Shown piece by piece: positions 10,222-22,467 of a stretch of DNA of 64,000 nucleotides. The notes under the pieces were generated by a model. It was not told the origin of the DNA, did not search any database, and worked only from the letters and a program-made list of their open reading frames with translations. Each line of letters starts with the position of its first letter. The stretch's first letter is position 1. The position numbers were made by a program, and so were the translations under genes. Source of the stretch: Mycobacterium sp. GTDB taxonomy: Bacteria; Actinomycetota; Actinomycetes; Mycobacteriales; Mycobacteriaceae. Where the stretch lies: the NCBI GenBank assembly GCA_046330795.1, contig JAXLSA010000009.1. One strand, 5' to 3'.

Positions 10222-11391
10222 TCAGTACATGACCATGTCGGGTGCGAACGCCTCGGCCCACGCGCTGATACCGCCGCGCAGATGCCGCGCTTCGGGGTGG
10301 CCGGCCCTGTGCACGACGGGCAGGATCTCCGCCGAGCGCACGCCGGTCTTGCAGTAGAGCACCGGGATCCGGTCGGCCGGCAGCCGCGCGAGCCCGTCAC
10401 CGGAGTCGATGCTGGACCGGGGAATCAGCACGGCGCCGTCGATGTGGTTGATGTCCCACTCGACGGGCTCGCGGACGTCGACCAGGACGACGCGCGGGTC
10501 GGAGTCCAGCAGCTCGCGCAGCTCTTCCGGGCTCACCGCGGCGCCGTCATCGAGGTCATCGGCGGCGGCCAGTCCGCAGAACGCCTGATAGTCCGTCAGC
10601 GCGGTGACCTTCGGCGCCGCGGGATCCTTGCGGATCCGCACGGTCCGGAAGGTCATCGCCAACGCGTCGTAGATGAGGAGCCGGCCCAGCAGCGGCTCGC
10701 CGATCCCGCCGATCAGCTTGATCGCCTCGGTCCCCATCACCGAGGCGACGGTCCCGCACAGGATTCCCAGCACGCCGCCCTCGGCGCACGACGGCACCAG
10801 CCCGGGCGGCGGAGGGTCGGGATACAGGTCGCGATAGTTGATCCCCCGGCCCTCGGGGGCGTCCTCCCAGAACACCGACACCTGGCCGGCGAACCGGTAG
10901 ATCGATCCCCACACGTACGGCTTGCCGGCCAGCGCGGCGGCATCATTGACGAGGTAGCGGGTGGCGAAGTTGTCGGTGCCGTCGAGGATCAGGTCATAGT
11001 CGGCGAACAGGGCGACGGCGTTGTCGGGCTCGAGCCGGAACTCGTGCAGCCGGACGTCGATCAGCGGGTTCACCTCGAGCATCGCCTCGCGCGCGCTGTG
11101 CGCCTTGGACCGCCCGACGTCGGACTGGCCGTGGATGATCTGGCGCTGCAGGTTGGACTCGTCGACCACGTCGAACTCGACGATGCCGATGGTCCCGACG
11201 CCCGCGGCGGCCAGGTACAGCAGGGCCGGTGAGCCGAGTCCGCCGGCGCCGATCACCAGCACCCGGGCGTTCTTCAGGCGACGCTGCCCGAGCATGCCGA
11301 GTTGGGGCAGCGTCAGATGCCGGCTGTAGCGGGCTACCTCGGTGGGGGTCAGCTCGGCGGCCGGGGCAACCAGCGGCGGCAAGGACGACAT
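10222..11391 (-). CDS. moeZ: MoeZ/MoeB1 adenylyltransferase-sulfurtransferase
   Basis: ARYSRH, GAGGLGSP, SNLQRQ, C-terminal rhodanese YCKTGVRS. Confidence 0.95.
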   Translation of the reverse strand: MSSLPPLVAPAAELTPTEVARYSRHLTLPQLGMLGQRRLKNARVLVIGAGGLGSPALLYLAAAGVGTIGIVEFDVVDESNLQRQIIHGQSDVGRSKAHSAREAMLEVNPLIDVRLHEFRLEPDNAVALFADYDLILDGTDNFATRYLVNDAAALAGKPYVWGSIYRFAGQVSVFWEDAPEGRGINYRDLYPDPPPPGLVPSCAEGGVLGILCGTVASVMGTEAIKLIGGIGEPLLGRLLIYDALAMTFRTVRIRKDPAAPKVTALTDYQAFCGLAAADDLDDGAAVSPEELRELLDSDPRVVLVDVREPVEWDINHIDGAVLIPRSSIDSGDGLARLPADRIPVLYCKTGVRSAEILPVVHRAGHPEARHLRGGISAWAEAFAPDMVMY

Positions 11392-11476
11392 CCCACCATT
11401 TTGCCGCCCACTTCTGCATGAGGGTCGTTGCCCACCACGATCGACGACCCTCACGCAGAAATCGGCAACCGGCGAA

Positions 11477-13373
<1,897 letters not shown>

Positions 13374-13397
13374 CCCAACCAGGTCCGACCCCTCGGG

Positions 13398-13658
13398 TCA
13401 GTCCTCGGTGATGGGCGGCGTGACGGGGCCTTCGCCGATCCCGAAGCCCACGCGGCGGCTGTCGGCCGGGCCGAGCTCGATATAGGCGACGCGGGAGGCC
13501 TGCACCAGGAAGCGGCGGCCCTTCTCGTCGGTCAGGGCCAGCAGCTCGGATCCCTTGCCCAGCGCGGCGGTCACCAGCTTCTCCAGCTCATCGGGTGTCT
13601 GCGCGCTGTTGAACACGAGTTCACGCGGGCTGTCCGTGACACCGATCTTGACCTCCAC
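13398..13658 (-). CDS. DUF3107 small protein (Rv3208A-like)
   Basis: MEVKIG...SPREL...DEKGRRFLV...RVGFG. Confidence 0.88.
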   Translation of the reverse strand: MEVKIGVTDSPRELVFNSAQTPDELEKLVTAALGKGSELLALTDEKGRRFLVQASRVAYIELGPADSRRVGFGIGEGPVTPPITED

Positions 13659-13923
13659 GCTGCAACCCTTTCGCCTGTCGACCGCCCCGATGCGCCGGGA
13701 GCGTGTTCTAGATGCAGGTTAGTGGACCCGGGCGCCGGTGCACTCGCGAGGCCGTTCGCGGTCAGCGAAGGGGCCCCGACCAGCGCCGGCACCAGCCGCA
13801 ACGATCCGGTTGCGGTGTGCCGACACACCCCGCACGGCGCGGCACGATCCCGGACGCGTCGATACCATTGCGTGAAAGAAGTTACGCAAGTGACGAATGT
13901 GACTGAGCGACGGTGATAACCCC

Positions 13924-14706
13924 ATGAACAAGCCGTACTGGAGCGGCCCCGGCCGCGGCGGCGCGAGCCGCTTCGCCGACGACCCGCCGGCCTACCCGCA
14001 CGACCCGTTCGAGCCGACGACCGAGAACTTCGGCCGCGTTCACGACTACCCCGGCCATGACTACGGGGACGACTACGGGGACGAGGACTACGACGAATAC
14101 GACGACTACGGCGCCTATCGGGACACCCGGTGGCGCTGGATCGCCGGCATCGCCGGGATCGTGCTGGCGGTCGCCCTGGTGGCCATCGCCGCCGCCTCCC
14201 ACAGCGGCGACACCGCGACCCGATCCGTCACCCCCGCGCCGTCCACCGCCCCGGAACAGGACGCCGTGTCCACCACGCCGCGGACCGTGATCGCCACCGT
14301 CCCGCCCAGTGCGCCGACGCCGACGGCCGCACTACCGCCCGAAACGGTCGTCACCGTCACCACCACGCCGTCGGCCCAGCAAGCCCCGCCCGCGGCCGCT
14401 CCGGCCGAACCGGAACCGCCGTCGGCCATCCCGCCCACGCAGACCATCACCTACACGGTCACCGGCACACGTCAGCTGTTCGACCTGGTCAGCATTATCT
14501 ACACCGATGAGCAGGGCTTTCCCCGCACCGACGTCAACGTGGCACTGCCGTGGAGCCGGACCATCGTGCTCAACCCGGGCGTGGTCACCAAGTCGGTCAC
14601 GGCCACCAGCCTGACCGGCCAGCTGAACTGCTCGGTCACCGACGCGACGGGCGCCACCCTGGCGGCTCGGACGAACAACGCGGCCATCACCAGCTGCACC
14701 CCGTAG
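13924..14706 (+). CDS. MmpS-like transport accessory protein (Rv3209-like)
   Basis: Asp/Tyr-rich N-terminus, one TM, Pro/Thr/Ala linker, ITYTVTG...LPWS...LNCSVT...C domain. Confidence 0.8.
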   Translation: MNKPYWSGPGRGGASRFADDPPAYPHDPFEPTTENFGRVHDYPGHDYGDDYGDEDYDEYDDYGAYRDTRWRWIAGIAGIVLAVALVAIAAASHSGDTATRSVTPAPSTAPEQDAVSTTPRTVIATVPPSAPTPTAALPPETVVTVTTTPSAQQAPPAAAPAEPEPPSAIPPTQTITYTVTGTRQLFDLVSIIYTDEQGFPRTDVNVALPWSRTIVLNPGVVTKSVTATSLTGQLNCSVTDATGATLAARTNNAAITSCTP

Positions 14707-14724
14707 CGCAGTAGTTCGCCGGAA

Positions 14725-15432
14725 TCAGGCCAGGCCGAGTTCGACCATCCGCTCGCCGTGCGTGCGCTGCAACCGGTCGAAGAACTCCGCCATGCGGCCC
14801 AGACCGTCGTTGCCGGCCACCACCAGGTCGACGAGTTCGTCGCGCTGGGCCAGCACGTACTGCGCCTGCGTGATGGCCTCGCCCAACAGCCGGCGCGACC
14901 ACAACGCCAGCCGGCTGCGCTCGACCGCACTGGCACTGACCGCCGCGCGCACCTCGCCGACGACGAACTGCGAGTGACCCGTCTCCGACAGCACGGCGCG
15001 CACCACGTCGGCCGCGTCCTGCGGCAGCGCATCGGCGATCTCGCGGTAGAAATCGGCCGCCAGCGCGTCGCCGATGTACGTCTTGACCATGGCCTCGAGC
15101 CAGGTGCTCGGCATCGTCAGCCGGTGGTAGTTCTCCAGCGCCGCGACGTACTGCCCCATCGCCGGCACCACGTCGACGCCGCGGGCGGCCAGCGCGTCGC
15201 GCAGCACCTCGTAGTGCGCCATCTCCGCGGCGGCCATGCTGGCCATGTTGATCCAGCCGTTGAGGTCCGGTGCCATCCGCGCCTCGTCGGTCAGCCGGTA
15301 GAAGGCCGCGACCTCGCCGTAGGCCAGCAGCGCGAACAGCTCCGTGATGCCGGGGTGATCCGAGGGGATGCGCGGGGGTTCCGGTTGCGCCTGACTCGTG
15401 GGCGTATCCGTCGGCAGAGTCATGGATCCCAC
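14725..15432 (-). CDS. Ferritin-like (MiaE-like) protein (Rv3210c)
   Basis: LAYGEVAAF, AEMAHY, WLEAMVKTY; synteny. Confidence 0.85.
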   Translation of the reverse strand: MGSMTLPTDTPTSQAQPEPPRIPSDHPGITELFALLAYGEVAAFYRLTDEARMAPDLNGWINMASMAAAEMAHYEVLRDALAARGVDVVPAMGQYVAALENYHRLTMPSTWLEAMVKTYIGDALAADFYREIADALPQDAADVVRAVLSETGHSQFVVGEVRAAVSASAVERSRLALWSRRLLGEAITQAQYVLAQRDELVDLVVAGNDGLGRMAEFFDRLQRTHGERMVELGLA

Positions 15433-15703
15433 TGTAGAGCGCGCCGACGATAGCGGTCCTGCAGGCCCGAACCGTTATCATGGTCGGAGGTGGCGATTCG
15501 GCCACCTAGAAATGTGCGTGCACGACATGGGCCCGCCACCTCGGCCACTACGCCGGGAGGAGCCGGGCCACAGAGTTTCGACCGCAGGTCAGAGACTGTT
15601 TCCCCGAACTCGTGCGCGCGTGGACGAACGCGATACGAGACCGGGAGAGCCGGCAACGGCACCGGGAACATCTCGCACTGACCGAAAGGCTGTACGCGCA
15701 GCA

Positions 15704-17206
15704 ATGACACATCTGGATTCCCATCCCAAACACACCTTCGCCGAGCTCGGCGTCCGCGACGAGATCGTCCGGGCACTGGCCGACCGCGGCATCGAACACG
15801 CCTTCGCGATCCAGGAACTGACCCTGCCGCTGGCGATGGCCGGCGACGATCTGATCGGCCAGGCCCGCACCGGCATGGGCAAGACCTTCGCCTTCGGCGT
15901 TCCCCTGCTCAACCGCATCACCGTCGACACCGAGCGGCCGCTGACCGGCGCGCCGCGCGCCCTGATCGTGGTGCCCACCCGGGAGCTGTGCATCCAGGTC
16001 TTCGAGGATCTGACCGGTGCCGCCAAGAACCTCTCGGCCGACGGTCGCCCGCTGTCGGTCGTCTCCATCTACGGCGGCCGGCCCTACGAGCCGCAGATCG
16101 AGGCCCTGCGCGCCGGCGCCGACGTCGTCGTCGGCACCCCGGGCCGCCTGCTCGACCTGGCCCAGCAGGGTCATCTGCAGCTCGGCGGCCTGAGCGTGCT
16201 GGTGCTCGACGAGGCCGACGAGATGCTGGACCTGGGCTTCCTGCCCGACATCGAGCGGATCCTGCGCCTGACCCCGGACACCCGCCAGTCGATGCTGTTC
16301 TCGGCGACCATGCCGGACCCGATCATCACGCTGGCCCGCACCTTCATGAACCAGCCGACCCACATCCGGGCGGAGTCGGCGCAGTCCTCGCAGACCCACG
16401 ACACCACCGAGCAGTTCGTCTACCGCGCGCACGCGCTGGACAAGGTGGAGATGGTCAGCCGGATCCTGCAGGCCGACGGCCGCGGCGCCACCATGATCTT
16501 CACCCGCACCAAGCGCACCGCCCAGAAGGTGGCCGACGAGCTGGCCGAGCGCGGCTTCAAGGTCGGCGCGGTGCACGGCGACCTGGGCCAGGTGGCCCGC
16601 GAGAAGGCGCTCAAGGCGTTCCGCAACGGTGACGTCGACGTGCTGGTGGCCACCGACGTGGCCGCCCGCGGCATCGACATCGACGACATCACGCACGTCA
16701 TCAACTACCAGATCCCCGACGACGAGCAGGCCTACGTGCACCGCATCGGCCGCACCGGCCGCGCCGGCAAGACCGGTATCGCGGTCACCCTGGTCGACTG
16801 GGACGAACTGAGCCGCTGGACGATGATCGACAAGGCCCTGGGTCTCGAGTGCCCCGATCCGGCCGAGACGTACTCCAGCTCGCCGCACCTCTTCGAAGAG
16901 CTCGGAATCCCCACGGACGCAAAGGGTTCCATCGGTTCGGCCACCAGGGCGAAGAAGTCGTCGCCGGCCAAGCGGGAACCCCGCGCACCGCGCGAGGACC
17001 GGCCGCGTAGCAACCGCTCGCGCCAGCGCACCCGGGGCGGCAAGGCCGGGACCGGTCACGTCGAGGGTGGCACCGACACCACGGCTCCCGAATCCGGTTC
17101 TCCGGCAAACGAATCCGGTTCAGCTGGTCATTCCGGCCGACGCCGGCGCCGCCGTCCGCGCAAGGCCACTCCGGACGCAACGGGCACGCCGACCACCGCC
17201 GGCTGA
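15704..17206 (+). CDS. rhlE: DEAD-box RNA helicase RhlE (Rv3211)
   Basis: ARTGMGKT, PTRELC, DEAD, SAT, HRIGRTGR; basic low-complexity tail. Confidence 0.95.
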   Translation: MTHLDSHPKHTFAELGVRDEIVRALADRGIEHAFAIQELTLPLAMAGDDLIGQARTGMGKTFAFGVPLLNRITVDTERPLTGAPRALIVVPTRELCIQVFEDLTGAAKNLSADGRPLSVVSIYGGRPYEPQIEALRAGADVVVGTPGRLLDLAQQGHLQLGGLSVLVLDEADEMLDLGFLPDIERILRLTPDTRQSMLFSATMPDPIITLARTFMNQPTHIRAESAQSSQTHDTTEQFVYRAHALDKVEMVSRILQADGRGATMIFTRTKRTAQKVADELAERGFKVGAVHGDLGQVAREKALKAFRNGDVDVLVATDVAARGIDIDDITHVINYQIPDDEQAYVHRIGRTGRAGKTGIAVTLVDWDELSRWTMIDKALGLECPDPAETYSSSPHLFEELGIPTDAKGSIGSATRAKKSSPAKREPRAPREDRPRSNRSRQRTRGGKAGTGHVEGGTDTTAPESGSPANESGSAGHSGRRRRRRPRKATPDATGTPTTAG

Positions 17207-17208
17207 GG

Positions 17209-18432
17209 GTGATCCGACCCGAACGCCGCACTCGGGGCGACGTCCTCGCCGCGGGTGCCATCGCGCTGGTGGTCGCGATCACCGCCGCCGTCATCTGGTG
17301 GACCAGCGACGCCCGCGCCACGGAGAGTCGCCCGGCAGCCGTCCCGGCCAAGGCGTTGACGGCCGCCAAGTCGGTCCCGGCTGCCCTGCGGCAGCTGTGG
17401 ACGGCGCCGAGCCCGTACACCACGGTGCCCGTGGTCGCGGGCGGCTCGGTGGTGACCGGCGCGGGGCGCACCGTCACGGGCCACAATCCGGTCAGCGGCG
17501 AGGCCATCTGGACCTTCGCCCGTGATCGCGAATTATGCGGTGTCACTTGGATATACAGCCACGCCGTCGCGGTGTACCCGGACGGGCGGGGCTGCGGCCA
17601 GGTCAGCACCATCGACGCCAACACCGGTCGCCGCGGCTACACCCGCAGCGGCTACGCCGACAACCACGTCACCCTGAGCTCCAACGGCACCGAGGTGCTG
17701 GCCGCCGGTGACACCCGCCTCGAGACGTGGCGCTCCGACATGGTCCGGGTGATCGGCTTCGGCGAGGTCGACGCCCGCGTGAAGCCGCCGCAGAAGGGCA
17801 TCGGCCAGGGGTGCGCGCTGCGCTCGGCGGCGGCCAGCCCGGCCACCGTCGCGGTGATGCAGTCCTGCCGCGATCAGGCCGACCTGAAGCTGACCCTGTT
17901 GAAGCCGTCCGATCAGGACGACGAACCCGAGGTCCGTGACATCCCGCTGCCCGGCACCGCAGCCGATTCCGGGGCCCGGGTGCTGGCGGTGTCGGACACC
18001 TCGGCCGCGATCTACCTGCCCGGCCCCCGGCCGCGCGTGGTGATCTACGACGAGACCGGCAACGAGGTGTCCAGCACCGAGCTGCCCGCACCGCCCGACC
18101 TGGCGGCCCTGCAGAACGCGGCCGTCTCCCCCGCCGGCGGCCTGATCACCTGGTGGACGGGCCACGACCTGGTGGTGTTCAACGCCACGGAACTGGCGTT
18201 CCGCTACATCATTCCGGGCGGGCAGCTCACCCTGCTGGGCCCGGCGACCATGATGGCCAACCAGCTGCTGCTCCCCGTGGTCGGGGGGCTGGCCGTGTAC
18301 GAGGCCTCGGCCGGCACCTTCGAGCGGATGATCGCCGTGGACCGGCCGGTCACCCCGGGACCGGTGGTCCCCGCGGTGGCGGGCAAGACGGTGCTCGAAC
18401 AGCGCGGCGACACCGTCGTCGCGCTGGGCTGA
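17209..18432 (+). CDS. Rv3212-like membrane-anchored beta-propeller-type protein
   Basis: MIRPERRT, one TM, repeated W-x-x beta motifs; synteny. Confidence 0.8.
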   Translation: MIRPERRTRGDVLAAGAIALVVAITAAVIWWTSDARATESRPAAVPAKALTAAKSVPAALRQLWTAPSPYTTVPVVAGGSVVTGAGRTVTGHNPVSGEAIWTFARDRELCGVTWIYSHAVAVYPDGRGCGQVSTIDANTGRRGYTRSGYADNHVTLSSNGTEVLAAGDTRLETWRSDMVRVIGFGEVDARVKPPQKGIGQGCALRSAAASPATVAVMQSCRDQADLKLTLLKPSDQDDEPEVRDIPLPGTAADSGARVLAVSDTSAAIYLPGPRPRVVIYDETGNEVSSTELPAPPDLAALQNAAVSPAGGLITWWTGHDLVVFNATELAFRYIIPGGQLTLLGPATMMANQLLLPVVGGLAVYEASAGTFERMIAVDRPVTPGPVVPAVAGKTVLEQRGDTVVALG

Positions 18433-18510
18433 TCGCCTCGCTCCTCCGGCCCTGCTCGTCCCTCGCAGCACCTGCGTCGACTCAGCGGGGCTGATCCGGC
18501 CGAGCGGCGC

Positions 18511-19308
18511 TCAGAGCTCCGGGGTGTACGTCGGCAGCGACTTGCCCGACTTCCAGTGCTTCAGCAGCCCCTCGGCCAGCTCGCGGTAGGCCATCGCGCC
18601 CTTGTTCTTGCGGCCGGTCAGCACCGACGAGCCCGATGCGGTGGCCTCGGCGAAGCGCACGGTCCGCGGGATCGGCGGGGCCAGCACCGGCAACTGGTAG
18701 CGGTCCACCACGTCGAACAGCACGTCGCGGCTGTGGGTGGTGCGCGCGTCGTACAGCGTGGGCAGCGCGCCGAGCAGGGTCAGGTCGGGGTTGGTGATCT
18801 GCTGCACGTCGGTGACGGTCCGCAGGAACTGCCCCACTCCGCGATGCGCCAGCGTCTCGCACTGCAGCGGCACGATGACCTCGGCGGCGGCGGTCAGGCC
18901 GTTGAGCGTCAGGACACCCAGCGACGGCGGGCAGTCGATGATGACCACATCGAAATCGTCGGCAACCTTGGCCAGTGCGCGCTTGAGCGCGTACTCGCGC
19001 CCCGCCCGCATGAGCAACATCGCCTCGGCGCCGGCCAGGTCGATATTGGCGGGCAGCAGCGTCATGCCCTCGGTCGTCTCGACCAGCGCGGCATTCGGTT
19101 CGACGTCGCCGAGCAGCACCTCGTGCACCGAGACCGGCAACTTGTCCGGATCCTGCCCCAGCGAAAACGTCAGGCAGCCTTGCGCATCGAGATCCACCAG
19201 CAGAACCCGCTTGCCGAGTTCGGTCATGGCCGCGCCCAGCGAAGCCACCGTGGTCGTCTTGGCGACCCCACCCTTTTGATTCGCCACTGCAAGTACGTGT
19301 GTCCCCAC
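18511..19308 (-). CDS. ParA/Soj family ATPase (Rv3213c)
   Basis: NQKGGVAKTTT deviant Walker A, DCPPSLG. Confidence 0.92.
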   Translation of the reverse strand: MGTHVLAVANQKGGVAKTTTVASLGAAMTELGKRVLLVDLDAQGCLTFSLGQDPDKLPVSVHEVLLGDVEPNAALVETTEGMTLLPANIDLAGAEAMLLMRAGREYALKRALAKVADDFDVVIIDCPPSLGVLTLNGLTAAAEVIVPLQCETLAHRGVGQFLRTVTDVQQITNPDLTLLGALPTLYDARTTHSRDVLFDVVDRYQLPVLAPPIPRTVRFAEATASGSSVLTGRKNKGAMAYRELAEGLLKHWKSGKSLPTYTPEL

Positions 19309-19375
19309 GTCACCATCCTGACACGGCCGGGACCGCGCGGCTCGGCCCACGTCGGGTGCGGCAGAATTGGGCGGC

Positions 19376-19984
19376 GTGAGTGTCGGTGAGCATCGGTTGG
19401 TGTTGCTTCGCCACGGCGAGACCGAATGGTCGCGGTCCGGGCAGCACACCAGCACCACCGATCTCGATCTGACCGACGCCGGCGAGGAGCAGGCCCGCCT
19501 GGCCGCGTTGACCCTGCGACATCTGGGTCTGGCCGATCCGATCGTGTTCAGCAGCCCACGTCGCCGCGCCCTGCGCACCGCCGAGCTGGCCGGTCTGACG
19601 GTCACCGAGATCACGCCACTGCTGGCCGAATGGAACTACGGCGACTACGAGGGCCTGACCACCCACCAGATCCGGACCGAGCGCCCGGGCTGGCTGCTGT
19701 GGACCAACGGCTGTCCGGGCGGTGAGTCGGTGGACCAGGTCAGCGCACGCGCCGATCAGGCCATCGATCTGGCGCTGGATCAGATGGTCAACCGTGACGT
19801 CGTGTTCGTGGGGCACGGGCACTTCTCCCGGTCGATGGTCACCCGCTGGGTCGAACAGCCGCTGCACGAGGGCGCCCGCTACGGGTTCGGGCCGGCGTCG
19901 GTGTCGGTCTGCGGCTTCGAATACGGCCTGCGGCAGCTGAGGTCGCTCGGACTGACCGCGCACCGCGAACCGGTGACGGGGTGA
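19376..19984 (+). CDS. gpm2: Histidine phosphatase Gpm2 (Rv3214)
   Basis: RHGETEWS motif, EWNYGDYEG, GHGH; alternative TTG start at 19367. Confidence 0.88.
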   Translation: MSVGEHRLVLLRHGETEWSRSGQHTSTTDLDLTDAGEEQARLAALTLRHLGLADPIVFSSPRRRALRTAELAGLTVTEITPLLAEWNYGDYEGLTTHQIRTERPGWLLWTNGCPGGESVDQVSARADQAIDLALDQMVNRDVVFVGHGHFSRSMVTRWVEQPLHEGARYGFGPASVSVCGFEYGLRQLRSLGLTAHREPVTG

Positions 19985-21075
19985 GTGCCGAACCGTCGTT
20001 CGTGCTGGGTGGTCCGACCGGTGCGGTGTTCGGCGACGGGATTGTCGCCGGGTACCGCGACGTTGCCGCCGCGGCGGCCGCGCTGCGCACCGGTTCGGCA
20101 CGGATTATCTTGGGCGCCTTGCCTTTTGACCTGTCGCATCCGGCCGCCCTGCATGCACCCCGGTCCGCGCGCCGGGTAGCGGACCTGCCGGACTGGGCCG
20201 GCGAGGTACCTCATGCCCGGATCGGGCGGATGCTGCCGGAGGCCGGTGTGCACCGCGAGCGGGTGGCCGCGGCGATCGCCCGGTTGCGTGACCCCGACAC
20301 CGGCCTGCAGAAGGTGGTGTTGGCCCGCGCGCTGGAGTTGACGGCCGAAACCCCTTGGAGCCCAACGTCGGTGCTGCACCGACTGGCCACCGCCGATCCG
20401 TCGGCGTATGTGTACCTGGCCGACCTGAGCCCGGCCGGCCCGGAGTACGCCGGCGCTGTCCTGCTGGGCGCCAGCCCGGAACTGCTGGTCGACCGCGACG
20501 GCGATCGCGTCCGGTGTGCGCCGTTCGCCGGTTCGGCGCCCCGCTCGGCCGACCCCGACGTCGACGCCGCCAACGGCGCCGCGCTGGTCGCCTCCGGGAA
20601 GAACCGCCATGAGCACCAGTTGGTGATCGCCACGATGCGCGACGCGCTGGAACCGCTGTGTACCGACCTGCAGATCGCCCCCGAACCGCAACTGCACCGC
20701 ACCGACGCGCTGTGGCACCTGGGCACCCCGATCACCGGCCGACTGCGCGAAAGCTCCATCACCGCACTCGATCTCGCGCTGGCGTTGCATCCCACGCCCG
20801 CGGTGGGCGGTGTGCCGACGGCCGCCGCGACGGAACTGATCGCCGAGGTGGAGGGCGACCGCGGCTTCTACGCCGGAGCGGTCGGCTGGTGCGACGACCG
20901 CGGCGACGGACGCTGGGTGGTGTCGATCCGCGGTGCGCAGTTGTCCGCCGACCGCCGCAGCGCGCTGGCACATTGCGGCGGCGGGATCGTCGCCGAATCC
21001 GACCCCGCCGACGAACTGGACGAGACCACCACGAAGTTCCGGACCATCCTGTCCGGGTTGGGAGTTGACACATGA
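19981..21075 (+). CDS. entC: Isochorismate synthase (Rv3215)
   Basis: KVVLAR, GASPELL, KNRHEH, LHPTPAVGG, GGGIVAES...ET..KF. Confidence 0.92.
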   Translation: MSAEPSFVLGGPTGAVFGDGIVAGYRDVAAAAAALRTGSARIILGALPFDLSHPAALHAPRSARRVADLPDWAGEVPHARIGRMLPEAGVHRERVAAAIARLRDPDTGLQKVVLARALELTAETPWSPTSVLHRLATADPSAYVYLADLSPAGPEYAGAVLLGASPELLVDRDGDRVRCAPFAGSAPRSADPDVDAANGAALVASGKNRHEHQLVIATMRDALEPLCTDLQIAPEPQLHRTDALWHLGTPITGRLRESSITALDLALALHPTPAVGGVPTAAATELIAEVEGDRGFYAGAVGWCDDRGDGRWVVSIRGAQLSADRRSALAHCGGGIVAESDPADELDETTTKFRTILSGLGVDT

Positions 21076-21551
21076 GCGAACTGATCCGCCGGGCCCAGCC
21101 GGGTGACGAGATCGCGATCGTCGAGATGATCCGCGAGCTGGCCGAATTCGAGGAAGCCGCCGACGAGTGCACCGTGACCGAAACCCAGATGCACGCCGCA
21201 CTCTTCGGTCCCAATCCGACCGCGTACGCGCACATGGTCGAGGTCGACGGCGCGGCCGCCGCCACCGCGGTGTGGTTCCGAAACTTCTCCACGTGGGACG
21301 GCGTGGCGGGGATCTACCTGGAGGACCTCTATGTCCGCCCGGCGTTCCGGCGCCGCGGTCTGGCCCGAAAGCTGTTGTCCACGTTGGCCGCCGAATGCGT
21401 CGAGCACGGCTACACCCGGCTGAGCTGGGCGGTGCTGAACTGGAACGTCAACGCCATCGCGCTCTATGACTCCGTCGGCGGTAAGCCGCAGACGGAGTGG
21501 ACCACCTACCGGGTGTCGGGACCGGAACTGGAGAACCTCGCGCGCGAATAG
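21072..21551 (+). CDS. GNAT acetyltransferase (Rv3216-like)
   Basis: YLEDLYVRPAFRRRGLA, VLNWN..AI..Y. Confidence 0.9.
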   Translation: MSELIRRAQPGDEIAIVEMIRELAEFEEAADECTVTETQMHAALFGPNPTAYAHMVEVDGAAAATAVWFRNFSTWDGVAGIYLEDLYVRPAFRRRGLARKLLSTLAAECVEHGYTRLSWAVLNWNVNAIALYDSVGGKPQTEWTTYRVSGPELENLARE

Positions 21552-21628
21552 CCGGCGAGCGTGCACCCATATGCAGATTCGGGCCAGGCAGATGCATATG
21601 GCTGCACCCTCGCGCGAACAACGGGGAG

Positions 21629-22030
21629 TCAGTCGCGCGACCGGATCACCCACTGCACGGCGGCGGGGCTGAACAGCAGCCCGAGCACCACCAGCGCGGC
21701 GACGACCACCAGGGCGGCATACAGCGGCTGGCCTGCGCCGTGGATGTACCAGGCCACCCCGAGCAGCAGCAGGTTGGCGAACACCGCGACACCGCGCCCC
21801 CAGCGCCGCCCCGTGATCAGGGCCCAGCCGGCGGCCAGGATCGCGCCGCCGATGAGGGCGAACCACGCCGCGGTGCCATAGCCGAACCCGCCCAGCGACT
21901 GGCCCCGCACGACCTCCTGGTTGGTGCCTGCCAGCGCGTGGATCAGGTAGACCGCTGCCACCGCCACGCCCGCCAGACCCTCGGCCACGACCAGGTAGCC
22001 GGCGTAGCGGACCACCGCGGGCGGACTCAT
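21629..22030 (-). CDS. Membrane protein (Rv3217c-like)
   Basis: Four hydrophobic segments, GRRWGRG, synteny. Confidence 0.8.
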   Translation of the reverse strand: MSPPAVVRYAGYLVVAEGLAGVAVAAVYLIHALAGTNQEVVRGQSLGGFGYGTAAWFALIGGAILAAGWALITGRRWGRGVAVFANLLLLGVAWYIHGAGQPLYAALVVVAALVVLGLLFSPAAVQWVIRSRD

Positions 22031-22467
22031 CCCAGCGCGCCCAACAGATACCGGACCGCGAACTCGTAGCCCTGCGCGCCGGCACCGGCGATCACCACCG
22101 CGGCCACCTCCGAGACATAGGAGTGCCGCCGGAACTGTTCGCGTGCATGGATATTGCTCAGGTGCACCTCGGCCACGGGCAGCGCCACCGAGCGCAGCGC
22201 ATCGGCGATCGCCACCGAGGTGTGGCTGTAGGCGGCCGGGTTGATGACGATGCCGGCGCAGTCGTCCCGGGCGGCGTGGATGGCGTCGATCAGCTCACCC
22301 TCGTGGTTGCTCTGCACGGCGCGTACCTGGTAGCCCGCTTCGGCGGCCGTCGCGGCAACCAGCGCCTCGATCTGTACCAGGGTGGTGGTCCCGTAGACCT
22401 CGGGCTGACGGGTGCCCAGCAGGTTGAGATTGGGCCCGTTGACGAGGAGCAGGCGGCGTTCGGTCAC
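22027..22467 (-). CDS. aroQ: Type II 3-dehydroquinate dehydratase
   Basis: [46 protein letters not shown]. Confidence 0.96.
   Translation of the reverse strand: MTERRLLLVNGPNLNLLGTRQPEVYGTTTLVQIEALVAATAAEAGYQVRAVQSNHEGELIDAIHAARDDCAGIVINPAAYSHTSVAIADALRSVALPVAEVHLSNIHAREQFRRHSYVSEVAAVVIAGAGAQGYEFAVRYLLGALG

Noticed and set aside
14063-14110. GACTACGGGGAC tandem and DY-rich repeats (possible CRISPR/VNTR)
   Set aside because: Only two exact units, in frame, encoding the acidic DYGD region of the MmpS-like protein; no spacers or cas genes.
17090-17121. GAATCCGGTTC direct repeat in the rhlE tail
   Set aside because: Small in-frame duplication in a low-complexity tail; no wider pattern.
18511-19308. 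ParA as a sign of a plasmid or prophage
   Set aside because: Syntenic chromosomal Rv3213c ortholog; no parB, rep or phage genes.
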